Shown piece after piece: positions 40,329 to 53,900 of a stretch of DNA of 64,000 nt. Source of the stretch: Escherichia coli (GTDB lineage Bacteria > Pseudomonadota > Gammaproteobacteria > Enterobacterales > Enterobacteriaceae); NCBI RefSeq assembly GCF_045037415.1, contig NZ_CP173438.1. One strand, given 5' to 3'. The notes under the pieces were generated by a model, which did no database searches, was not told the DNA's origin, and was given only the letters and a program-made list of their open reading frames with translations. The position numbers were made by a program, and so were the translations under genes. The stretch's first letter is position 1. Every line of letters begins with the position of its first letter.

Positions 40329-42347
40329 ATGTTACGTAATGGAAATAAATATCTCCTGATGCTGGTGAGTATAATTATGCTCACCGCGTGCATTAGCCAG
40401 TCAAGAACATCATTTATACCGCCACAGGATCGCGAATCTTTACTCGCCGAGCAACCGTGGCCACATAATGGTTTTGTGGTGATTTCATGGCATAACGTTG
40501 AAGACGAAGCTGCCGACCAGCGTTTTATGTCAGTGCGAACATCAGCACTGCGTGAACAATTTGCCTGGCTGCGCGAGAACGGTTATCAACCGGTCAGTAT
40601 TGCTCAAATTCGTGAAGCACATCGAGGAGGAAAACCGCTACCGGAAAAAGCAGTAGTGCTGACTTTTGATGACGGCTACCAGAGTTTTTATACCCGTGTC
40701 TTCCCAATTCTTCAGGCCTTCCAGTGGCCGGCTGTATGGGCTCCCGTCGGCAGTTGGGTCGATACTCCAGCGGATAAACAAGTGAAATTTGGCGATGAGA
40801 TGGTCAGTCGAGAATATTTTGCCACGTGGCAACAAGTGCGAGAAGTTGCGCGTTCCCGGCTCGTTGAGGTCGCTTCTCATACATGGGATTCTCACTACGG
40901 TATTCAGGCTAATGCCACCGGCAGCTTATTGCCTGCATATGTAAATCGTGCATATTTTACTGACCACGCACGGTATGAAACCGCAGCAGAATACCGGGAA
41001 AGAATTCGCCTGGATGCTGTAAAAATGACGGAATACCTGCGTACAAAGGCTGAGGTAAATCCACACGTTTTTGTTTGGCCTTATGGCGAAGCGAATGGCA
41101 TAGCAATAGCGGAATTAAAAAAACTCGGTTATGACATGTTCTTCACCCTTGAATCAGGTTTGGCAAATGCGTCGCAATTAGATTCCATTCCGCGAGTATT
41201 AATCGCCAATAATCCCTCATTAAAAGAGTTTGCCCAGCAAATTATTACCGTACAGGAAAAACCACTACAACGGGTAATGCATATCGATCTTGATTACGTT
41301 TATGACGAAAACCGCCAGCAAATGGATCGCAATATTGATGTGCTAATTCAGCGGGTAAAAGATATGCAAATATCTACCGTGTATTTGCAAGCATTTGCTG
41401 ATCCCGATGGTGATGGGCTGGTTAAAGAGGTCTGGTTTCCAAATCGTTTGCTACCAATGAAAGCAGATATTTTTAGTCGGGTTGCCTGGCAATTGCGTAC
41501 CCGCTCAGGTGTAAACATCTATGCGTGGATGCCGGTATTAAGCTGGGATTTAGATCCCACATTAACGCGAGTAAAATACTTACCAACTGGGGAGAAAAAA
41601 GCACAAATTCATCCTGAACAATACCGCCGTCTCTCTCCTTTCGATGACAGGGTCAGAGCACAAGTTGGTATGTTATATGATGATCTTGCCGGACATGCTG
41701 CTTTTGATGGCATATTGTTCCACGATGATGCTTTGCTTTCAGATTATGAAGATGCCAGTGCAGCGGCTATCGCGGCTTATCAGCAAGCTGGCTTTAGCGG
41801 GAGTCTGAGCGAAATTCGACAAAACCCGGAGCAATTTAAACAGTGGACCCGCTTTAAAAGTCGTGCGTTAGCTGACTTCACTTTAGAACTTAGTGCGCGC
41901 GTAAAAGCCATTCGTGGTCCACATGTTAAAACTGCACGAAATATTTTTGCACTTCCGGTAATACAACCTGAAAGTGAAGCCTGGTTTGCACAGAATTATG
42001 CTGATTTCCTAAAAAGCTATGACTGGACCGCTATTATGGCTATGCCTTATATGGAAGGCGTCACAGAAAAATCGGCTGATCAATGGTTAATACAATTGAC
42101 CAATCAGATGAAAAGCATCCCGCAGGCTAAAGACAAATCAATTTTAGAATTACAGGCACAAAACTGGCAGAAAAATGGTCAGCATCAGGCTATTTCTTCA
42201 CAACAACTCGCTCACTGGATGAGCCTATTACAACTGAATGGAGTGAAAAATTATGGTTATTATCCCGACAATTTTCTGCATAACCAACCTGAAATAGACG
42301 TTATTCGTCCTGAGTTTTCAACAGCCTGGTATCCGAAAAATGATTAA
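40329..42347 (+). CDS. pgaB: PGA N-deacetylase lipoprotein PgaB (672 aa)
   Basis: Protein [44 protein letters not shown]... has a lipobox and polysaccharide deacetylase domain; ATG at 40329. Confidence 0.95.
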   Translation: MLRNGNKYLLMLVSIIMLTACISQSRTSFIPPQDRESLLAEQPWPHNGFVVISWHNVEDEAADQRFMSVRTSALREQFAWLRENGYQPVSIAQIREAHRGGKPLPEKAVVLTFDDGYQSFYTRVFPILQAFQWPAVWAPVGSWVDTPADKQVKFGDEMVSREYFATWQQVREVARSRLVEVASHTWDSHYGIQANATGSLLPAYVNRAYFTDHARYETAAEYRERIRLDAVKMTEYLRTKAEVNPHVFVWPYGEANGIAIAELKKLGYDMFFTLESGLANASQLDSIPRVLIANNPSLKEFAQQIITVQEKPLQRVMHIDLDYVYDENRQQMDRNIDVLIQRVKDMQISTVYLQAFADPDGDGLVKEVWFPNRLLPMKADIFSRVAWQLRTRSGVNIYAWMPVLSWDLDPTLTRVKYLPTGEKKAQIHPEQYRRLSPFDDRVRAQVGMLYDDLAGHAAFDGILFHDDALLSDYEDASAAAIAAYQQAGFSGSLSEIRQNPEQFKQWTRFKSRALADFTLELSARVKAIRGPHVKTARNIFALPVIQPESEAWFAQNYADFLKSYDWTAIMAMPYMEGVTEKSADQWLIQLTNQMKSIPQAKDKSILELQAQNWQKNGQHQAISSQQLAHWMSLLQLNGVKNYGYYPDNFLHNQPEIDVIRPEFSTAWYPKND

Positions 42348-43665
42348 TCGCATCGTATCGTTTTTTATATTATGTCTGGTGTTATGCATACCCCTATGCG
42401 TAGCGTACTTTCACTCTGGTGAACTGATGATGAGGTTCGTTTTCTTCTGGCCGTTTTTTATGTCCATTATGTGGATTATTGGCGGCGTCTATTTCTGGGT
42501 CTATCGTGAACGCCACTGGCCGTGGGGAGAAAACGCACCAGCCCCCCAGTTGAAAGATAATCCATCTATCTCCATTATCATTCCCTGTTTTAATGAGGAG
42601 AAAAACGTTGAAGAAACCATACATGCCGCTTTAGCACAGCGTTATGAGAACATTGAAGTTATTGCCGTAAATGATGGTTCAACAGACAAAACCCGTGCCA
42701 TCCTGGATCGCATGGCTGCACAAATTCCCCGTCTGCGGGTCATTCATCTGGCGCAAAACCAGGGGAAAGCCATTGCGCTTAAAACCGGAGCTGCCGCGGC
42801 GAAAAGTGAATATCTGGTGTGCATTGATGGCGACGCGTTATTAGACCGCGATGCAGCGGCATATATTGTGGAACCGATGTTGTACAACCCGCGTGTGGGT
42901 GCCGTAACCGGTAATCCTCGTATTCGCACACGTTCTACCCTGGTGGGTAAAATTCAGGTTGGCGAGTATTCCTCAATTATTGGTTTGATCAAGCGGACCC
43001 AGCGTATCTATGGAAACGTATTTACCGTTTCCGGTGTTATTGCCGCATTTCGTCGCAGCGCCCTGGCAGAAGTGGGTTACTGGAGTGACGATATGATCAC
43101 CGAAGATATTGATATTAGCTGGAAGCTGCAGTTGAATCAGTGGACGATTTTTTACGAGCCACGGGCGCTGTGCTGGATATTAATGCCTGAAACGTTAAAA
43201 GGGCTGTGGAATCAGCGCCTGCGCTGGGCTCAGGGCGGTGCAGAAGTATTCCTCAAAAATATGACAAGGTTGTGGCGCAAAGAAAACTTTCGAATGTGGC
43301 CACTGTTTTTTGAATACTGTCTGACGACAATATGGGCCTTTACCTGCCTGGTCGGTTTCATTATTTACGCAGCCCAACTTGCAGGTGTACCGTTAAATAT
43401 TGAATTGACACATATCGCAGCGACACATACTGCCGGAATATTATTGTGTACGTTATGTTTACTGCAATTTATTGTCAGTCTGGTGATTGAGAATCGCTAT
43501 GAGCACAATCTGGCTTCATCGCTTTTCTGGATTATTTGGTTCCCGGTTATTTTCTGGATGCTAAGCCTGGCAACGACGTTGGTATCATTTACACGAGTCA
43601 TGTTGATGCCTAAAAAACAACGCGCTCGTTGGGTAAGTCCCGATCGTGGGATTCTGAGAGGTTAA
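42340..43665 (+). CDS. pgaC: PGA synthase glycosyltransferase PgaC (GT2), 441 aa
   Basis: Protein [41 protein letters not shown]... with GT2 D,D,D and QRLRW motifs; ATG at 42340 overlaps the pgaB stop by 8 nt. Confidence 0.95.
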   Translation: MINRIVSFFILCLVLCIPLCVAYFHSGELMMRFVFFWPFFMSIMWIIGGVYFWVYRERHWPWGENAPAPQLKDNPSISIIIPCFNEEKNVEETIHAALAQRYENIEVIAVNDGSTDKTRAILDRMAAQIPRLRVIHLAQNQGKAIALKTGAAAAKSEYLVCIDGDALLDRDAAAYIVEPMLYNPRVGAVTGNPRIRTRSTLVGKIQVGEYSSIIGLIKRTQRIYGNVFTVSGVIAAFRRSALAEVGYWSDDMITEDIDISWKLQLNQWTIFYEPRALCWILMPETLKGLWNQRLRWAQGGAEVFLKNMTRLWRKENFRMWPLFFEYCLTTIWAFTCLVGFIIYAAQLAGVPLNIELTHIAATHTAGILLCTLCLLQFIVSLVIENRYEHNLASSLFWIIWFPVIFWMLSLATTLVSFTRVMLMPKKQRARWVSPDRGILRG

Positions 43666-43666
43666 T

Positions 43667-44080
43667 ATGAACAATCTAATTATTACGACCCGACAATCGC
43701 CAGTACGTTTACTGGTTGATTATGTTGCCACAACTATCTTGTGGACATTATTTGCTTTATTCATATTCTTATTCGCCATTGATCTGCTGACGGGTTATTT
43801 CTGGCAAAGCGAGGCCAGAAGCCGACTTCAGTTCTATTTTTTGCTGGCAGTGGTGAATGCCGTCGTGTTAATCGTCTGGGCGTTGTACAATAAGCTGCGT
43901 TTTCAAAAACAGCAGCATCATGCAGCATACCAATATACGCCGCAAGAATATGCAGAGAGCTTAGCAATACCTGATGAGCTTTATCAGCAACTACAAAAAA
44001 GCCACAGGATGAGCGTACATTTCACCAGCCAGGGACAAATAAAAATGGTGGTTTCAGAAAAAACGCTAGTCCGGGTATAA
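43667..44080 (+). CDS. pgaD: PGA synthase accessory subunit PgaD (137 aa)
   Basis: Protein [47 protein letters not shown]... is PgaD; ATG at 43667, 1 nt after the pgaC stop. Confidence 0.93.
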   Translation: MNNLIITTRQSPVRLLVDYVATTILWTLFALFIFLFAIDLLTGYFWQSEARSRLQFYFLLAVVNAVVLIVWALYNKLRFQKQQHHAAYQYTPQEYAESLAIPDELYQQLQKSHRMSVHFTSQGQIKMVVSEKTLVRV

Positions 44081-44093
44081 ACACCCAAAACAA

Positions 44094-44112
44094 AGCCCGG
44101 TTCGCCCGGGCT
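44094..44112. terminator. Hairpin between convergent pgaD and phoH (candidate terminator)
   Basis: agcccgg-ttcg-cccgggct inverted repeat between the pgaD stop (44080) and phoH stop (44130). Confidence 0.5.
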
Positions 44113-44129
44113 CTGCACCGATAATACAC

Positions 44130-45194
44130 TTAACTGTATGCATGTAGCGTACGTTGGCAAAGTGCCGAACGTACGCAATCCTCTTTACCGAATCGGACGA
44201 TCCCGACCATTTCATCCTCTTCGAAACGTTCCAGCGCGTCACTTAATCCGGAGCGCACGCCGCGAGGCAAATCGCATTGCGTGATATCACCGTTGACGAT
44301 AACCGTCACGTTCTCCCCGAGGCGGGTTAAAAACATTTTCATTTGCGCGGCAGTCACATTCTGCGCCTCGTCAAGAATGACGACTGCATTTTCAAAGGTA
44401 CGTCCACGCATATAGGCGAACGGCGCAATTTCCACCTTCCCTATTTCCGGTCGCAGGCAGTACTGCATAAAGGAAGCCCCTAAGCGACGGACCAGCACGT
44501 CGTAGACCGGGCGAAAATAGGGAGCAAACTTTTCTGCGATATCACCAGGTAAGAAACCAAGATCTTCATCGGCTTGCAGAACTGGACGGGTGACGATAAT
44601 CCTGTCAACATCCTTATGTATCAGGGCCTCTGCCGCTTTTGCTGCGCTGATCCAGGTTTTTCCGCACCCGGCTTCACCCGTGGCAAATATCAGCTGCTTA
44701 CTCTCAATAGCCTTCAGATAGTGCAATTGCGCTTCATTTCGCGCGAGGATGGGCGAGGTATCGCGACTGTCGCGGGCCATACCAATGGCTTCTACGCCGC
44801 TCATTTGCACAAGCGAGGTGACCGATTCTTCTTCACGCTGCTTATGGCTGCGCGAATCCCGTCTCAGCACACGTTTTGCCTCGCGACGAGCTTTGATCAC
44901 TGCTTTTTGTCTTCCCATGGAGAGCACCTTGAGTTGTTTGTATTCATCACACGCGCCGTTGGCAGCGCGATTATGCGCACGAACATCAGAGGGTTGGCTT
45001 CCTTGTAAGCCATAGTTTGCTTTTGGATAAAATGCCGAAAAACGGCTACGCGCACCGTTTACGGCGTCGGTAACACATGAAAAGAAAGGATGAGGTTGAA
45101 AATACAAAGTGACGAGATGACTACCGGAGGAGAAATCTCCGCGAGTGGTGGCGCGCTGATTCTCTAAAACATGTCCAGTACAGGACGTTACCAT
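44130..45194 (-). CDS. phoH: PhoH, phosphate starvation-inducible ATPase (354 aa)
   Basis: Protein MVTSCTGHVLENQRATTRGDFSSGSHLVTLYF... with Walker A GEAGCGKT; ATG at 45194. Confidence 0.93.
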   Translation of the reverse strand: MVTSCTGHVLENQRATTRGDFSSGSHLVTLYFQPHPFFSCVTDAVNGARSRFSAFYPKANYGLQGSQPSDVRAHNRAANGACDEYKQLKVLSMGRQKAVIKARREAKRVLRRDSRSHKQREEESVTSLVQMSGVEAIGMARDSRDTSPILARNEAQLHYLKAIESKQLIFATGEAGCGKTWISAAKAAEALIHKDVDRIIVTRPVLQADEDLGFLPGDIAEKFAPYFRPVYDVLVRRLGASFMQYCLRPEIGKVEIAPFAYMRGRTFENAVVILDEAQNVTAAQMKMFLTRLGENVTVIVNGDITQCDLPRGVRSGLSDALERFEEDEMVGIVRFGKEDCVRSALCQRTLHAYS

Positions 45195-45343
45195 CCGCGA
45201 TCTCCATAGTGACTGACTATCACTGCCGGGAACTTCCGCTGCTACTTAATAAGTACAACAGATTTCGCATTCATTGCAACAATATATTCACTTATATTTA
45301 ACCATAAAACACCATTTCAGTGACATTAGTTTCTACTGGAAAG

Positions 45344-45362
45344 ATGACAGAGTGATGACAGT
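45344..45362 (-). promoter_or_regulatory. Pho box (PhoB binding site) upstream of phoH
   Basis: Minus strand reads CTGTCATCACTCTGTCATC: two CTGTCAT direct repeats 11 bp apart, matching the Pho box consensus, about 150 bp upstream of the phoH ATG. Confidence 0.7.
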
Positions 45363-45410
45363 GATGAAAAAAGCTGTGTGCTTTCAGCAGGATTCGCGGT
45401 ACTGGTAAAA

Positions 45411-45540
45411 GCTTGCCGGATGCGGCGTGAACGCCTTATCCGGCCTACCGACCCGCACCGATTGTAGGCATGATAAGACGCGCAAGCGTCGCATCAGCGC
45501 ACGAACGCCTGGTGCGGCGTAAACGCCTTATACGCCTAAA
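45411..45540. repeat. Cluster of REP (repetitive extragenic palindromic) units
   Basis: gcttgccggatgcggcgtgaacgccttatccggcctac, gtaggcatgataagacgcgcaagcgtcgcatcagcgc and cgcctggtgcggcgtaaacgccttatacgcc between phoH and efeB. Confidence 0.8.
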
Positions 45541-45544
45541 AACA

Positions 45545-46816
45545 TTAAACCCGCAATAATGCGCTTCCGAGATAATCGTTCGCGTCCTTCACACCCGGCA
45601 GCGCAAAGAAATAGCCGCCACCGATAGGTTTGACATATTCCTCCAGCGCCTCGCCATTCAACCTTTTTTGTACTGTCAGGAAGCCCTTTTCCAGATCGTG
45701 TTGGTAGCAGACAAACAGTAGCCCCATATCGAGTTGCCCGGAATTGGTGACGCCCAACGAATAACTGTAGCCACGACGCAGCATCAGGCTGGACTCGCTC
45801 TCCGCCGTGCGGGGATTCGCCAGCCGGATATGGCTGTCCAGCGCAATCACCTTCCCTTCCGGATCGCTAGCGTAATCGGGAACATCATGCTCATGCTGCA
45901 TGCCCAGCGGCGCACCGGTTTGCTTATCACGACCAAATATCGTCTGCTGCTCTTTCAGCGGCGTTCTGTCCCAAAATTCCACTCGAAACTGAATCAAGCG
46001 TACTGCCTGATAGCTGCCACCGATTGTCCACGCAGGCTCCTGCTGATCTGCCGTCACCCACACCACTTTTTGCATCAACTTCGCATTCTGGCTATCGGGA
46101 TTGGCGGTGCCGTCTTTAAAGCCCAGCAAATTTATCGGCGTCTCTTTGCCTTTACTACGCGCTGCGTGGTCGGAAATAAACCCTTCCCGCTTCCAGCGCA
46201 CGCTGAGCAAATCCGGCGTGTGTTTGATGATATCGCGCAGCGCATGGATCACCGTGTCCTGGGTGTTGGCGCAAATTTGTAGCAACACATCACCATGACA
46301 TAACGCCGCATCCAGCGAGTCGTTGGGGAAACGCGTCATCTTCTGCAACTTTTTTGGCATCTGTGGCGCAAGGCCAAAGCGCTCATCAAACAATGAGTGA
46401 CCCACCGATAACGTGATGGTGAGATTATCGGGCGCAATGTAGCCGCCAAGAATGCCGGAATCGAGTGGTGGCAGGCGCGGATTTGGCGTTTCTGGTGCCG
46501 CTCCGCCCTGAGTCAGAAAAGCAAAACGCTGAGTCAACAAGCGAAACAACCGTTCAAGATCGGCTTTATCGCTGGCAAGCACATCAAACGCCACCAGCAT
46601 CATTGCAGCCTGTTGTGGTGTCAGGATCCCTGCCTGATGCTCACCATAAAACGGCTGTTTCTCATTGCGTGCATCCGGTGAAAGCGTACCCGGCGCACTT
46701 TGCGTTTTTTGTGCATGAGCAACCGGACAACTTCCCGCCAGCGCCAGCGCACCAATCCCTTTCAGTAAACGTCGGCGTGACGGTTCATTCACGCCGTTTT
46801 CATCTTCATACTGCAT
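45545..46816 (-). CDS. efeB: Tat-exported Dyp-type haem peroxidase EfeB (YcdB), 423 aa
   Basis: Protein [36 protein letters not shown]... has a twin-arginine signal (SRRRLLKG); ATG at 46816. Confidence 0.95.
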   Translation of the reverse strand: MQYEDENGVNEPSRRRLLKGIGALALAGSCPVAHAQKTQSAPGTLSPDARNEKQPFYGEHQAGILTPQQAAMMLVAFDVLASDKADLERLFRLLTQRFAFLTQGGAAPETPNPRLPPLDSGILGGYIAPDNLTITLSVGHSLFDERFGLAPQMPKKLQKMTRFPNDSLDAALCHGDVLLQICANTQDTVIHALRDIIKHTPDLLSVRWKREGFISDHAARSKGKETPINLLGFKDGTANPDSQNAKLMQKVVWVTADQQEPAWTIGGSYQAVRLIQFRVEFWDRTPLKEQQTIFGRDKQTGAPLGMQHEHDVPDYASDPEGKVIALDSHIRLANPRTAESESSLMLRRGYSYSLGVTNSGQLDMGLLFVCYQHDLEKGFLTVQKRLNGEALEEYVKPIGGGYFFALPGVKDANDYLGSALLRV

Positions 46817-46821
46817 AACGC

Positions 46822-47949
46822 TTAGTCCAGCCCCAGCACACCACGAAGTTGCGCCAGATCTTCCGCCAGCGCAGTAATCGGTCCTTTCAGTGCGTTCCGG
46901 TCGGCATCGGTCAGTTTGTCGTAATTTTCAAAACCCTCTTTAGTGCGGTATTTCGCCAGAATGGTATCGACCTTTTTGAAGTTGGCATCGACTTTTGCCA
47001 ACAGTTCCGGATTCGCTTTTTGTAGTTGTGGACGCAGCAGATCGACAATTTTCTGCGAGCCTTCAACGTTAGCCTGGAAATCCCACAGATCGGTGTGGCT
47101 GTAGCGATCTTCTTCACCGCTGATTTTGCTGGCCGCCACTTCCTCAATCAGTCCGGCTGCACCGCCGACCACTTTTGAAGGAGGGAAAGCCAGTTCACTG
47201 ATGCGTTTTTGCAAATCGACCACATCGGTATAAAGCTGGTCAGCATACTTATCCATCCCTTTGGTGGTGTTATCGCCAAACAATGCTTTTTCCAGACGGT
47301 GGAAACCGGTGAATTTTGGATCGGCGGCTTTTTGCTCGTAATCATCTTCACGGGCGTCAATGCTGCCATCCAGATCGGAGAACAGTTCAGCAATCGGTTC
47401 GATGCGCTCATAGTGCTGCCGCGTCGGCGCATACAGTGCTTTCGCTTTTTCGATATCGCCTGCTTTAATAGCGTCGGTAAAGGCTTTGGTGTCGGTCACC
47501 AGTTGCGTGGTTTCCGCCATGACATACGCTTTATATGCAGTAATTGCACCACCAAGACTTAACAGCGCATCACTTTGCGCCGCATCCGCCGTTGCTTCAC
47601 CTTTGACGATCAACTTCCCTTTCGGGTTAGTCAGCAGACCGCAGGTCATATCGTATTCGCCAGGCTGTAAATTCGCCGTCATTTTCTGGCTAAAACCAGG
47701 GGCGATATTTTCCCGCTCTTCCACCACCATCACGCCTTTGAGGATCTCCCACTCCAGCGCCTTCTGGCTGTGGTTCTGAATAATGAACTGTGTTTTCCCG
47801 GCGTTAACCGTAATGGTCATCGGCTCGCACTGCTTATCTGTCACAGTGACTTTGACTTGCGGAATATCGGCGGCGTTAGCCATAAAAGCAGAAGAGAACA
47901 GCGCAGCCACGCTCAACTGCAATGCGTTACGACGGAAGTTAATGGTCAT
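46822..47949 (-). CDS. efeO: Periplasmic iron-uptake component EfeO (YcdO), 375 aa
   Basis: Protein [44 protein letters not shown]... is EfeO; ATG at 47949. Confidence 0.95.
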   Translation of the reverse strand: MTINFRRNALQLSVAALFSSAFMANAADIPQVKVTVTDKQCEPMTITVNAGKTQFIIQNHSQKALEWEILKGVMVVEERENIAPGFSQKMTANLQPGEYDMTCGLLTNPKGKLIVKGEATADAAQSDALLSLGGAITAYKAYVMAETTQLVTDTKAFTDAIKAGDIEKAKALYAPTRQHYERIEPIAELFSDLDGSIDAREDDYEQKAADPKFTGFHRLEKALFGDNTTKGMDKYADQLYTDVVDLQKRISELAFPPSKVVGGAAGLIEEVAASKISGEEDRYSHTDLWDFQANVEGSQKIVDLLRPQLQKANPELLAKVDANFKKVDTILAKYRTKEGFENYDKLTDADRNALKGPITALAEDLAQLRGVLGLD

Positions 47950-48006
47950 GACGAGACTATCCCTTTAAAGTATGTTGTAACTAAGCAAGAGTTTGCGTCG
48001 TATTTG

Positions 48007-48837
48007 CTACACGGAGCGGGACGCAGTCGCCCCTGCGCGTGGTGGCAGAACAAATGCCACCAGCGCCGGGATGAGATAAATAAACCAGACGGCGACTTCG
48101 CTGACGCTCGGTGCTTCCTGATAGCCAAAAATCCCTTCCATCAGTGTGCCAAACAGCGAGTGAGTTGAGAGCACCGCGCTCATATCGAAGGCGATTTCCT
48201 GAAAGTGGTTCCACAATCCGGCTTCATGAAATGCGCGAATGGCACCAGCTGCCAGCCCTGCGGCGACGAAGAGAATAAACAGACTGGTCCATTTAAAAAA
48301 TGCACCAAGATTGAGGCGAATACCGCCCCAGTAGAGCAGGAAGCCAAGCACCACGGCTGTAGCAAGACCGAGCATTGCACCCAGCGGCGGCCAGACCCCG
48401 ACATCTTGTTGAAATGCCGCCAGCAGGAAAAAGACCGACTCCAGCCCTTCCCTTGCAACGGCAAAAAAGACCATCATCACCAGCGCCCAGCCATGATGAT
48501 TTCCACGCTGCAATGCGCTATCGACCGCCTGCTCCAGTTGTACTTTGACGTTGCGCGACACTTTGCGCATCCAGAAAACCATCCAGGTAAGGATCACCAC
48601 GGCGATCACCGCCACAATGCCTTCAAACAGTTCCTGTTCTTTTTGCGGAAATTCGCCGGTGGTTTCGTTAATGAAGATACCCAAGCCCAGGCACAACGCA
48701 GCGGCAAGCAACACGCCAATCCACATTACACCAATCCATCGGCCTCGCTGGGTACGCTTAAGATAGCTGGCAATCAAACTGACAATCAGCGCGGCTTCAA
48801 GTCCTTCGCGCAACATAATGAGAAACGGAACAAACAT
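48007..48837 (-). CDS. efeU: Ferrous iron permease EfeU (Ftr1 family), 276 aa, intact reading frame
   Basis: Protein MFVPFLIMLREGLEAALIVSLIASYLKRTQRGRWIGVMW... with REGLE motifs; uninterrupted frame from ATG at 48837 to the stop at 48007. Confidence 0.92.
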   Translation of the reverse strand: MFVPFLIMLREGLEAALIVSLIASYLKRTQRGRWIGVMWIGVLLAAALCLGLGIFINETTGEFPQKEQELFEGIVAVIAVVILTWMVFWMRKVSRNVKVQLEQAVDSALQRGNHHGWALVMMVFFAVAREGLESVFFLLAAFQQDVGVWPPLGAMLGLATAVVLGFLLYWGGIRLNLGAFFKWTSLFILFVAAGLAAGAIRAFHEAGLWNHFQEIAFDMSAVLSTHSLFGTLMEGIFGYQEAPSVSEVAVWFIYLIPALVAFVLPPRAGATASRSV

Positions 48838-49056
48838 GCCACCCACCCTTAAACGTTTTTCTTAGTCAATCTATGCAAAGAAAAGTAAATCGCAGTGATA
48901 GCGATTATCATTACGATGAAGAAAAATACAAGTGAAATGTAGTGATAATGATGAGAAGATGTAAAAATATTTTGAGAAAAAACGCAGAGGGCAATCACTG
49001 ATTGCCCTCTGCCTGCTTCCTGTTATGACGTGAAATTTTCGGTAAAACGCCTTCCC

Positions 49057-50565
<1,509 letters not shown>

Positions 50566-50751
50566 CTAAAGTCTCCAAAAAATTATTATCGGCAATGTCG
50601 AAACTTGCCGTTATATCTGCCACCGGAACGGGGTAACAGAGTTTATGTTTTACCAGGGCGACCGTATCCTGCCGGAAGCGCTGGTTATTCACAATCGATT
50701 TAACACACCATTTACATTAAATTTTAGTGCTCAGCGACACTATTTTTCATC

Positions 50752-50961
50752 AGGTTGCACTCTCTCACATTTTTTGCGGTTGCACCTTTCAAAAATGTTA
50801 ACTGCCGCAGAGAAAAAGTCTGAGTTATTTTTTTAATCCCTGTCATATCGATTTCGTTTATTAACATTTCATTCATTTTTAAGCTTGCTACGCAGGTCAC
50901 ATTTAACATGGTTGCACAAAGTTGCAACATCATGGATATTTCACGATAACGTTAAGTTGCA
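50752..50961. promoter_or_regulatory. put control region: five GTTGCA PutA operator motifs between divergent putP and putA
   Basis: GTTGCA at 50752, 50779, 50911, 50921 and 50956; the 50921 copy is part of the palindrome gttgcaac. PutA autorepression through GTTGCA operators is established. Confidence 0.75.
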
Positions 50962-50987
50962 CCTTTCAGAACAACAGGAGTAATGGC

Positions 50988-53900
50988 ATGGGAACCACCA
51001 CCATGGGGGTTAAGCTGGACGACGCGACGCGTGAGCGTATTAAGTCTGCTGCGACACGTATCGATCGCACACCACACTGGTTAATTAAACAGGCGATTTT
51101 TTCTTATCTTGAACAACTGGAAAACAGCGATACTCTCCCGGAGCTACCTGCGCTGCTTTCTGGCGCGGCCAATGAGAGCGATGAAGCACCGACTCCGGCA
51201 GAGGAACCACACCAGCCTTTCCTCGACTTTGCCGAACAAATATTGCCCCAGTCGGTTTCCCGCGCCGCGATCACCGCGGCCTATCGCCGCCCGGAAACCG
51301 AAGCGGTTTCTATGCTGCTGGAACAAGCTCGCCTGCCGCAGCCAGTTGCTGAACAGGCGCACAAACTGGCGTATCAACTGGCCGATAAACTGCGTAATCA
51401 AAAAAACGCCAGTGGTCGCGCAGGTATGGTTCAGGGGTTATTGCAGGAGTTTTCGTTGTCATCGCAGGAAGGCGTGGCGCTGATGTGTCTGGCGGAAGCG
51501 TTGTTGCGTATTCCCGACAAAGCCACCCGTGACGCGTTAATTCGCGACAAAATCAGTAACGGTAACTGGCAGTCACACATTGGTCGTAGCCCGTCCCTGT
51601 TTGTTAATGCCGCTACCTGGGGGCTGCTGTTTACCGGCAAACTGGTTTCCACCCATAACGAAGCCAGCCTCTCCCGCTCGCTGAACCGCATTATCGGTAA
51701 GAGCGGTGAACCGCTGATCCGCAAAGGTGTGGATATGGCGATGCGCCTGATGGGCGAGCAGTTCGTCACGGGCGAAACCATCGCGGAAGCGTTAGCCAAT
51801 GCCCGCAAACTGGAAGAGAAAGGTTTCCGTTACTCTTACGATATGCTGGGCGAAGCCGCACTGACTGCCGCAGACGCACAGGCGTATATGGTTTCCTATC
51901 AGCAGGCGATTCACGCCATTGGTAAAGCGTCTAACGGTCGTGGCATCTATGAAGGTCCGGGCATTTCAATCAAGCTGTCGGCGCTACATCCGCGTTATAG
52001 CCGCGCCCAGTATGACCGGGTAATGGAAGAGCTTTACCCGCGTCTGAAATCACTCACCCTGCTGGCGCGTCAGTACGATATTGGTATTAACATCGATGCC
52101 GAAGAGGCCGATCGCCTGGAGATCTCCCTCGATCTGCTGGAAAAACTCTGTTTCGAGCCTGAACTGGCAGGCTGGAACGGCATCGGTTTTGTTATTCAGG
52201 CTTATCAAAAACGCTGCCCGTTGGTGATCGATTACCTGATTGATCTCGCCACCCGCAGCCGTCGCCGTCTGATGATTCGCCTGGTGAAAGGCGCGTACTG
52301 GGATAGTGAAATCAAGCGTGCACAGATGGACGGCCTTGAAGGTTATCCGGTTTATACCCGCAAGGTGTATACCGACGTTTCTTATCTTGCCTGTGCGAAA
52401 AAACTGCTGGCGGTGCCAAATCTAATCTACCCGCAGTTCGCGACGCACAACGCCCATACGCTGGCGGCAATTTATCAACTGGCGGGTCAAAACTACTACC
52501 CGGGTCAGTACGAGTTCCAGTGCCTGCATGGTATGGGCGAGCCACTGTATGAGCAGGTCACCGGGAAAGTTGCCGACGGCAAACTTAACCGTCCGTGTCG
52601 TATTTATGCTCCGGTCGGTACACATGAAACGCTGCTGGCATATCTGGTGCGCCGCCTGCTGGAAAACGGTGCTAACACCTCGTTTGTTAACCGTATTGCC
52701 GACACCTCTTTGCCACTGGATGAACTGGTCGCCGATCCAGTCACTGCTGTAGAAAAACTGGCGCAACAGGAAGGGCAAACTGGATTACCGCATCCGAAAA
52801 TTCCCCTGCCGCGCGATCTTTACGGTCACGGGCGCGACAACTCGGCAGGGCTGGATCTCGCTAACGAACACCGTCTGGCCTCGCTCTCTTCAGCCCTGCT
52901 CAATAGTGCACTGCAAAAATGGCAGTCCTTGCCAATGCTGGAACAACCGGTAGCGGCAGGTGAGATGTCGCCCGTTATTAACCCTGCGGAACCGAAAGAT
53001 ATTGTGGGCTATGTGCGTGAAGCCACGCCGCGTGAAGTAGAACAGGCGCTGGAAAGTGCGGTTAATAACGCGCCAATCTGGTTTGCCACTCCTCCGGCTG
53101 AACGCGCGGCAATTTTGCATCGCGCTGCCGTGCTAATGGAAAGCCAGATGCAGCAACTGATTGGTATTCTGGTGCGTGAAGCCGGAAAAACCTTCAGTAA
53201 CGCCATTGCCGAAGTGCGCGAAGCGGTCGATTTTCTCCACTACTATGCCGGACAGGTGCGGGATGATTTCGCTAACGAAACCCACCGTCCATTAGGGCCT
53301 GTGGTATGTATCAGTCCGTGGAACTTCCCGCTGGCTATTTTCACCGGACAGATCGCTGCCGCACTGGCGGCAGGTAACAGCGTGCTGGCAAAACCGGCAG
53401 AACAAACGCCGCTGATTGCCGCGCAAGGGATCGCCATTTTGCTGGAAGCGGGTGTACCGCCAGGCGTGGTGCAATTGCTGCCAGGTCGGGGTGAAACCGT
53501 GGGCGCGCAACTGACGGGTGATGATCGCGTGCGCGGGGTGATGTTTACCGGTTCAACCGAAGTCGCTACGTTACTGCAGCGCAATATCGCCAGCCGCCTG
53601 GACGCTCAGGGTCGCCCTATTCCGCTCATCGCTGAAACCGGCGGCATGAACGCGATGATTGTCGATTCTTCAGCACTGACCGAACAAGTCGTAATAGATG
53701 TGCTGGCCTCGGCGTTCGACAGTGCAGGTCAGCGTTGTTCGGCACTGCGCGTGCTGTGCCTGCAAGATGAGATTGCCGACCACACGCTGAAAATGCTGCG
53801 CGGCGCAATGGCCGAATGCCGGATGGGTAATCCGGGTCGCCTGACCACCGATATCGGTCCGGTGATTGATAGCGAAGCGAAAGCCAATATCGAGCGTCAT

